Below, piece by piece: positions 57,555-64,000 of a stretch of 64,000 nt of DNA. Source of the DNA: a bacterium (GTDB taxonomy: Bacteria > Patescibacteriota > Minisyncoccia > UBA6257 > GWB1-50-10). Positions within the stretch are counted from its first letter, which is position 1. Every line of letters begins with the position of its first letter. The notes under the pieces are model-generated. The model was not told the origin of the DNA. It saw only the letters and a program-made list of their open reading frames with translations, and ran no database searches. The DNA lies in contig NZBZ01000004.1 in NCBI GenBank assembly GCA_002686365.1, forward strand, positions 27,079-91,078. The letters are read 5' to 3'. Position numbers and translations under genes: made by a program.

Positions 57555-60500
57555 ATGTCTACTTTGCTGAATAAAAAAGTATTTTCTACATATAAGAGGC
57601 CGGCGTTTAAAGAGAGGAGTCTTATTGAGGTTCAGAAGGATTCATTTGATTGGTTTCTGGAGGATGGGCTTCGGGAGCTTTTTGATGAGATTTCTCCGAT
57701 TCAGGATCATACCGGAGAGGAGCTTGAACTTCATTTTTTGGATTATACGTTTGATAAGCCGAAATATACGGAAGAGCAGGCAAAGGCAAAAGATCAGACG
57801 TATGAGTCATCGCTTCGGGTAAAGCTGAAGCTTACTGATACAAAGCGGAATACAAAGGATGTCCAGGAGGTATATCTGGGAGATTTTCCAATGATGACGG
57901 ATCGGGGAACGTTTATTATCAATGGCGTTGATCGTGTTGTTATTTCTCAGATTGTTCGATCTCCCGGTGCCTATTTTTTGATGAAAGTATTTCGAGGAAG
58001 GAAGTTTTTTGGAGCAAAGATTATTCCTAACAGGGGATCGTGGCTTGAGTTTGATACTGATCCTGATGGTTTTCTTGGGGTTCGAATTGATCGAAAGAGA
58101 AAGACTCCGGTTACGCAGCTTCTTCGGATATTTGGCTTTGAAACGAATGAGGAGATTTTAGAAGCGTTTAAAGATGTTGATACTGGAGAGGTGAATCATA
58201 TTGAGGCGACTCTTAAGAAGGATGATGTTGAGGATGCCGCCCAATCATATGTAGAGATTTATAGACGTCTTAGGCCTGGAGATCTTGCTACTGCTGAAAA
58301 TGCTCAATCTTTGATTGATGCTATGTTTCAGCGATTTGATAGGTACGATCTTAGTAAGGTTGGACGATTTAAACTTAATCAGCGGCTTGGGCTTTCTGAT
58401 AAGAAGGAGGGCGGACTTTTGGACAAGGAGGACATCGTGGGTGTTTTGAAGGAGATTATTCGTTTGAATAATAATATTGAAGCAGGGCCTGATGATATTG
58501 ATCATTTGGGAAATCGCAGAGTGCGGGCTGTTGGAGAGCTTGTGCAGTCTCGGCTTCGAGTTGGTTTTGCGCGGCTTAGGCGAGGAGTGCAGGATAGGAT
58601 GTCTACTATTGAGCGGGATGAGCTTCAGCCGGTTCAGCTGGTAAATTATAAGGTTCTTTCTGCTGTGGTTCGTGACTTTTTCTCTTCTTCTCAGCTTTCT
58701 CAGTTTATGGATCAGGTAAATCCTTTGGCAGAGCTTGAGCATAAGCGCCGTCTTTCAGCAATGGGACCAGGAGGGCTTACGCGGGAGCGTGCTGGCTTTG
58801 AAGTTCGTGATGTGCATCCTTCGTATTATGGAAGGATTTGTCCGATTCAGACTCCAGAGGGAGCAAATATTGGTCTTGTGAGTTATCTGGCTAGCCATAC
58901 ACGTCTTAATGAGTTTGGATTTTTGGAAACTCCTTATTATAGGGTGGAGGATGGTGTAGTGACGTCCAAATTAGATTGGCTGGATGCGATTAAGGATGAG
59001 GAATATAACATTGCTCAGGCTGATGTTCGGCTTGATGATAATGGGAAGATTTTAGAAGATAATGTTTCTGCGCGTATTAAGGGCAGAGCTGGAACTTGTC
59101 TTCGGGAGGACGTTGATTATATGGATGTGTCTCCTGATCAGTTTACTAGTATTGCTGCGTCTCTTATACCGTTTCTTGAGCACAATGATGCAAACCGCGC
59201 GCTTATGGGTTCAAACATGCAGAGACAGGCAGTTCCTTCTATTGTGCCAGAGGCTCCTCTTGTGGGGACGGGTCGTGAAGAGAAGGCGGCGCAGGATTCT
59301 CAGCAGGTTATTCTTTCCGGAGTGAATGGGAGAGTGAGCGCTGTAGAGGCTGATGGGATTGATGTGAAGGCTTCGGGCGGCATTATTCATTCATATCCTC
59401 TTGTTAAATTTGTTCGTTCTAACCAGTCTACCTGCCTTTCTCAACGTCCTGTTGTGTCGGTTGGCGATAAAGTTAAGAAGGGTGATGTGCTTGCCGATGG
59501 TCCTGCAACTGATAATGGAGTACTTGCTCTTGGACAGAATCTTGTTGTTGCATTTGTCCCTTGGAGGGGGGCGAATTTTGAGGATGCTATTGTTCTTTCA
59601 GAGAGGGTTGCGCAGCATGATAGATTTACCTCTATTCATATTGAAACTTTCGTTTGCGCAGTTCGAGATACTAAGCTTGGCCCTGAGGTTACTACTCCGG
59701 ATATTCCGAATGTTTCTGAGGATAAGCTTAGGAATTTAGATGAAGAAGGAGTTGTTAGAATTGGAGCCGAGGTTCGTTCTAATGATATTTTGGTTGGAAA
59801 AATTTCTCCTAAGGGTGAGTCTGAACTTACTTCTGAAGAACGTCTTCTTCGGGCTATTTTTGGCGAGAAGGCGCGGGATGTGAAAGATTCATCTCTTACT
59901 GTTCCTCATGGAAAGAAGGGACGTGTGATTGGCGTGAAGATTTTTTCTCGAGAGAAGGGAGATAAGCTTGAGCCGGGAATTATTCAGAAGATTCAGATTG
60001 AGGTTGCACAGCTTCGAAAGATTCGCGCCGGAGATAAGCTTACTGGCCGATATGGAAATAAGGGGGTAATTTCGCAGGTGAGGCCTGTGGAGGATATGCC
60101 GTATTTGGAAGATGGAACTCCTGTTGATGTGGTACTGAATCCTCTTGGTGTTCCTTCTCGAATGAACCTTGGTCAGATTCTTGAAATTCATACTGGATTT
60201 GCTGCCAAGCTTAATGGGTATCGTGCTGTGGTGCCGAACTTTGTTGGCGCGACTGAAGATGATATTCGTAAGGAGCTTGAAGAGGCTGGCGTTTCTCCGG
60301 AAGGAAAGGTTACGCTCTACGATGGTGTGACTGGACAGTGTTTCCGGGAGAAGATTGCTGTGGGAGTCATGTATGTTATGAAACTTAATCACTTGGTTGA
60401 GGATAAGATCCATATGCGTTCCACGGGTCCTTATTCTCTTATCACGCAGCAGCCGCTTGGCGGAAAGGCGCAGCTTGGAGGTCAGCGATTTGGAGAGATG

Positions 60501-60815
60501 GAAGTTTGGGCGCTTGAGGGATATGGCGCGGCGCACACTTTGCAGGAGATGCTTACTATTAAGTCAGATGATGTTTTGGGTCGAGCTTCTGCCTTTGAGT
60601 CTATTATTCGAGGGAGGGAGATTCGGAAGCCGAATATTCCGGCGTCATTTAATGTGCTTGTAAGTGAGCTCAAGTCTTTAGGTCTTAGCGTTGGATATGA
60701 AGGAAAGAGTATAGATGAGGGAGAAGAGGATGGAGCAGAAGACGGAAAAGAAGAGCAGGCAGAGGAAGAGACGAAGACTGAGGAGAATAAGAAGGAGGTC
60801 GGTTCGACAAATTAA
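57555..60815 (+). CDS. rpoB: RNA polymerase beta
   Basis: TPEGANIG, GSNMQRQ, GDKL.GRYGNKG, GQRFGEME. Confidence 0.99.
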   Translation: MSTLLNKKVFSTYKRPAFKERSLIEVQKDSFDWFLEDGLRELFDEISPIQDHTGEELELHFLDYTFDKPKYTEEQAKAKDQTYESSLRVKLKLTDTKRNTKDVQEVYLGDFPMMTDRGTFIINGVDRVVISQIVRSPGAYFLMKVFRGRKFFGAKIIPNRGSWLEFDTDPDGFLGVRIDRKRKTPVTQLLRIFGFETNEEILEAFKDVDTGEVNHIEATLKKDDVEDAAQSYVEIYRRLRPGDLATAENAQSLIDAMFQRFDRYDLSKVGRFKLNQRLGLSDKKEGGLLDKEDIVGVLKEIIRLNNNIEAGPDDIDHLGNRRVRAVGELVQSRLRVGFARLRRGVQDRMSTIERDELQPVQLVNYKVLSAVVRDFFSSSQLSQFMDQVNPLAELEHKRRLSAMGPGGLTRERAGFEVRDVHPSYYGRICPIQTPEGANIGLVSYLASHTRLNEFGFLETPYYRVEDGVVTSKLDWLDAIKDEEYNIAQADVRLDDNGKILEDNVSARIKGRAGTCLREDVDYMDVSPDQFTSIAASLIPFLEHNDANRALMGSNMQRQAVPSIVPEAPLVGTGREEKAAQDSQQVILSGVNGRVSAVEADGIDVKASGGIIHSYPLVKFVRSNQSTCLSQRPVVSVGDKVKKGDVLADGPATDNGVLALGQNLVVAFVPWRGANFEDAIVLSERVAQHDRFTSIHIETFVCAVRDTKLGPEVTTPDIPNVSEDKLRNLDEEGVVRIGAEVRSNDILVGKISPKGESELTSEERLLRAIFGEKARDVKDSSLTVPHGKKGRVIGVKIFSREKGDKLEPGIIQKIQIEVAQLRKIRAGDKLTGRYGNKGVISQVRPVEDMPYLEDGTPVDVVLNPLGVPSRMNLGQILEIHTGFAAKLNGYRAVVPNFVGATEDDIRKELEEAGVSPEGKVTLYDGVTGQCFREKIAVGVMYVMKLNHLVEDKIHMRSTGPYSLITQQPLGGKAQLGGQRFGEMEVWALEGYGAAHTLQEMLTIKSDDVLGRASAFESIIRGREIRKPNIPASFNVLVSELKSLGLSVGYEGKSIDEGEEDGAEDGKEEQAEEETKTEENKKEVGSTN

Positions 60816-60850
60816 CCTAATTATTCTAATTGACTTAATTGTTTTAATTT

Positions 60851-63800
60851 ATGGAAGCAAAATTAAAAGATGTACATAGTATTTCAATACGGCTTGCGTC
60901 TCCGGAGGAGATTCATTCCTGGTCTTATGGAGAGGTTTTGAAGCCGGAGACTTTGAATTATCGTACGCAGCGGCCAGAGAAGGATGGACTTTTTTCTGAG
61001 CGTATTTTTGGTCCTACAAAGGACTATGAGTGTTATTGCGGGAAGTATAAGAAGTATAGATATAAGGGAATTGTGTGTGAGAAGTGCGGAGTTGAAGTAA
61101 CGCGTTCGGTTGTCCGGCGCGAGCGTATGGGGCATATTTCACTTGCAGTTCCTGTTACGCATATTTGGTTTCTTCGAACCATTCCTTCAAAACTTAGTCT
61201 TATTTTGGATATTTCTGTTCCAAAGCTTGAGAAGGTTATTTATTATGCTGCGTTTATCGTGACATCTGTGGATGAGGATGCGAAAAAGCGCGCGCTTGAA
61301 GATATTAAACGTGAGTACAAGTCGCTTAAGGATGAGGAGGGGGTAGAGAGTGCAAAGACCGCAAAAGAGCGGAGCGAGGAGATTGTGAAGGTTTTGGAGC
61401 CCGGACTTATTCTTACGGAGGAGGAGTATTATATGCTTTCTCAGAGATTTGGAGAGGTGTTTGAGGCGGATCGGGGAGCTGGTGCGGTTCGGAAGATTCT
61501 TGAGCAGGTAGAGCTTGATAAGCTTTATCGGCAGCTTATGAAAGATCTTGATTCGGTAAAAGACTTTAGCCGTAAGAAGAGAGCGCTTCGGCGTATTCGT
61601 GTTGTTCGTTCTTTCCTGCGGTCAGAGGTGAGGCCGGAGTGGATGGTCTTTACTGAACTTCCAATACTTCCGCCTGATCTTCGTCCAATGGTTGCTCTTG
61701 ATGGCGGCCGGTATGCGACTGCGGACTTGAATGATTTATATCGACGGGTAATTAATAGAAATAATCGCTTGAAGAGACTTATTGAACTTCGATCTCCTGA
61801 CGTTATTGTTACGAATGAGAAGAGAATGCTTCAGGAGGCGGTTGATGCTCTTATTGATAACTCTTCGCATGCTGGGTCTCAGATTCTTTCAAGCAGACGG
61901 CGGCCTCTGAAGTCTTTGGCTGACATGCTTAAAGGAAAGCAGGGAAGGTTTCGGCAGAATCTTTTGGGTAAACGAGTTGATTATTCTGCACGCAGTGTGA
62001 TTGTAGTTGGTCCGGAGCTTGCTATTAATGAGTGTGGACTGCCGAAGAATTTGGCTCTTGAGGTATTTCGTCCGTTTGTTATTAATAAAATTATTGAGAG
62101 GGGTTTGGCATATAACATTAAACAGGCCAATCGTCTTATTGAGCATGGTCCGCCTGAAGTGTGGGCAATCCTTGAAGAGGTGATTGAGAATCGGCTTGTG
62201 CTTTTGAATCGCGCGCCTACTCTTCATAGGTTGGGAGTTCAGGCATTTAAGCCTCTTCTTATTGAAGACCTTGCAATTCGTATTCCTTCATTAGTCTGCG
62301 CTGCATTTAATGCTGACTTTGATGGTGATCAGATGGCAGTTCATCTTCCGCTTACTGTTGAGGCGCAGTATGAGGCGCGGGAGCTTATGGATGCCGCAAA
62401 GAATATTTTGAAGCCTGCAGATGGAGAGCCGATTGCTGATCCTACAAAGGATATTGTACTTGGGTGTTATGCCTTGACTCAGATGAGAGAGGGTGCGAAA
62501 GGGGATGGGCATACGTTCTCCGGCTTTACAGAGGCCACTCTTGCGTATGAATCCGGATTTATTGATTTGTGCGCGAAGATTCATGCGCGCGTACCTCTTT
62601 CTGATGGTACGGAGGAAGTTTATGAGACTACATATGGGAGACTTATCTTTAATCGTGTTTTGCCGAAAGAGTTTGAGTTTGTGAATGATCATCTTGGAAA
62701 GAAAAAGCTGGTGGCACTGGTTTCCCGCATTGTTGAGACATATGGAATTCAGGAGGCGCATGAGTATGTTGATAAGATTAAGAGTATTGGATTTGAGTAT
62801 TCCACGATTTCCGGCATTACGTGGGGCATGGATGACACCAAAGTTCCTCCGGAGAAGGATCAGATTATTAAAGATGGAGAGGAACAGGTTGAGGTTATTG
62901 AGTCTCAGTTTGCCGAAGGACTTCTTACTTCTGAAGAGAGGAGAGAGAAGGTTATTATGATATGGACTGAGGCTCGAGAGAAAATTGCAGAGCTTATTCC
63001 TAAGACGCTTTCTGTTGATAATCCAGTGTATACCATTATTGACTCTGGAGCGCGAGGAAGCTGGTCTCAGCCTATTCAGATGATGGGCATGAAGGGGCTT
63101 GTGATTAACCCTAATGGTGAGATTATTGAGCTTCCTGTGAAGAAGTCATATAAAGAAGGCCTTAGTATTCTTGAATATTTTATTTCTTCTCACGGAGCCA
63201 GAAAGGGTTCAACAGATACTGCGCTTAAGACTGCGTCTGCCGGATATCTTACTCGTCGTCTTGTTGATGTTTCACAGGATCTTATTATTCGGGGTGAAGA
63301 TTGTAAGACGAAAGAAGGAATTGAGGTGTTTCGAGCTGATGGAGAGGAGTTCGGATATAAGCTTTCTGAGCGATTATATTCTCGGGCTGCTTCCGAAGAT
63401 ATAAAGGATGGGCGGAAAACACTTGTGAAGGCGGGCGAGATTATTACGAAAGATATTGCTGCTGCTATTGAAGAGACTTCGTTAGATGTTGTGAAGATTC
63501 GTTCTCCTATTACATGTAAGACTCTTTACGGCGTGTGTCCTCGCTGCTATGGCTTGGATTTGAGCAGAGGAGATATTATTAATGAGGGTGAGGCGATTGG
63601 TATTGTTGCAGCTCAGTCTATTGGTGAGCCGGGTACACAGCTTACTATGAGGACTTTCCATGTCGGAGGTGTTGCAGGAGTTGATATTACTCATGGACTT
63701 CCAAGGGTTGAGGAGATTTTCGAAGCTCGAATTCCAAAAGGTAAGGCGCCTCTTGCTAAGATTGACGGCGTTATAGAAGATATTGAGTCTCGAGGCCTTA

Positions 63801-64000
63801 CTCAGGTTGTGAAGATTAAAGCGTTTTCCGGAAAGGTTAAGAAGTCTTTGCAGGAGTATGTTCTGCCTGCAGGTGCAACGTTATATGTAAAGAAGGGAGA
63901 TAATGTGGAGAAGGGGCTGCAGCTTGCTGAGGGCTCTTTGGATATTCAAGAGATTGCTGAGTTTCTGGGAATAAAGGAGGCACAGAGGTATATCATTAAT
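60851..64000 (+). CDS. rpoC: RNA polymerase beta', partial (runs off window)
   Basis: Read by eye: [28 protein letters not shown]; absent from the ORF track because no stop is reached. Confidence 0.98.
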   Translation, partial: MEAKLKDVHSISIRLASPEEIHSWSYGEVLKPETLNYRTQRPEKDGLFSERIFGPTKDYECYCGKYKKYRYKGIVCEKCGVEVTRSVVRRERMGHISLAVPVTHIWFLRTIPSKLSLILDISVPKLEKVIYYAAFIVTSVDEDAKKRALEDIKREYKSLKDEEGVESAKTAKERSEEIVKVLEPGLILTEEEYYMLSQRFGEVFEADRGAGAVRKILEQVELDKLYRQLMKDLDSVKDFSRKKRALRRIRVVRSFLRSEVRPEWMVFTELPILPPDLRPMVALDGGRYATADLNDLYRRVINRNNRLKRLIELRSPDVIVTNEKRMLQEAVDALIDNSSHAGSQILSSRRRPLKSLADMLKGKQGRFRQNLLGKRVDYSARSVIVVGPELAINECGLPKNLALEVFRPFVINKIIERGLAYNIKQANRLIEHGPPEVWAILEEVIENRLVLLNRAPTLHRLGVQAFKPLLIEDLAIRIPSLVCAAFNADFDGDQMAVHLPLTVEAQYEARELMDAAKNILKPADGEPIADPTKDIVLGCYALTQMREGAKGDGHTFSGFTEATLAYESGFIDLCAKIHARVPLSDGTEEVYETTYGRLIFNRVLPKEFEFVNDHLGKKKLVALVSRIVETYGIQEAHEYVDKIKSIGFEYSTISGITWGMDDTKVPPEKDQIIKDGEEQVEVIESQFAEGLLTSEERREKVIMIWTEAREKIAELIPKTLSVDNPVYTIIDSGARGSWSQPIQMMGMKGLVINPNGEIIELPVKKSYKEGLSILEYFISSHGARKGSTDTALKTASAGYLTRRLVDVSQDLIIRGEDCKTKEGIEVFRADGEEFGYKLSERLYSRAASEDIKDGRKTLVKAGEIITKDIAAAIEETSLDVVKIRSPITCKTLYGVCPRCYGLDLSRGDIINEGEAIGIVAAQSIGEPGTQLTMRTFHVGGVAGVDITHGLPRVEEIFEARIPKGKAPLAKIDGVIEDIESRGLTQVVKIKAFSGKVKKSLQEYVLPAGATLYVKKGDNVEKGLQLAEGSLDIQEIAEFLGIKEAQRYIIN

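Noticed and set aside
57622-63694. Short alternative-frame and antisense ORFs in rpoB/rpoC and other core genes
   Set aside because: Shadow frames produced by codon skew; no RBS or motifs.

Overview
64 kb of a small-genome CPR/Patescibacteria (Parcubacteria-like) chromosome. It uses genetic code 11 and has a strong G/T skew on +. Housekeeping genes: rplU, recR, dnaB, cysS, gap, rpiB, rpe, split transketolase, a PfkB kinase, fba, tpiA, galT, a short prfA, rplY, rpmE, rodA, mltG, rpoB and partial rpoC. There are two type IV pilus loci (one decaying), a VirD4/VirB4-like ATPase and a stand-alone 16S rRNA lacking the anti-Shine-Dalgarno. Between these sit many GC-richer orphan cassettes, each with a -35/-10 promoter, leader, SD, ORF and terminator. 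Main findings: (1) an integrase-free serial cassette array at 7.8-10.8 kb bounded by synonymously diverged copies of one gene's 3' end, with the same kind of scar at the transketolase 3' end and fba 5' end; (2) native genes look leaderless while cassettes carry canonical SD motifs that this 16S cannot pair with; (3) short palindromes and 7/8-mer repeats inserted in frame in enzymes and encoding prepilin leaders; (4) two candidate structured RNAs. No tRNA, CRISPR, integrase, transposase or reverse transcriptase was seen. All calls were made by eye; many start codons were adjusted by inference.
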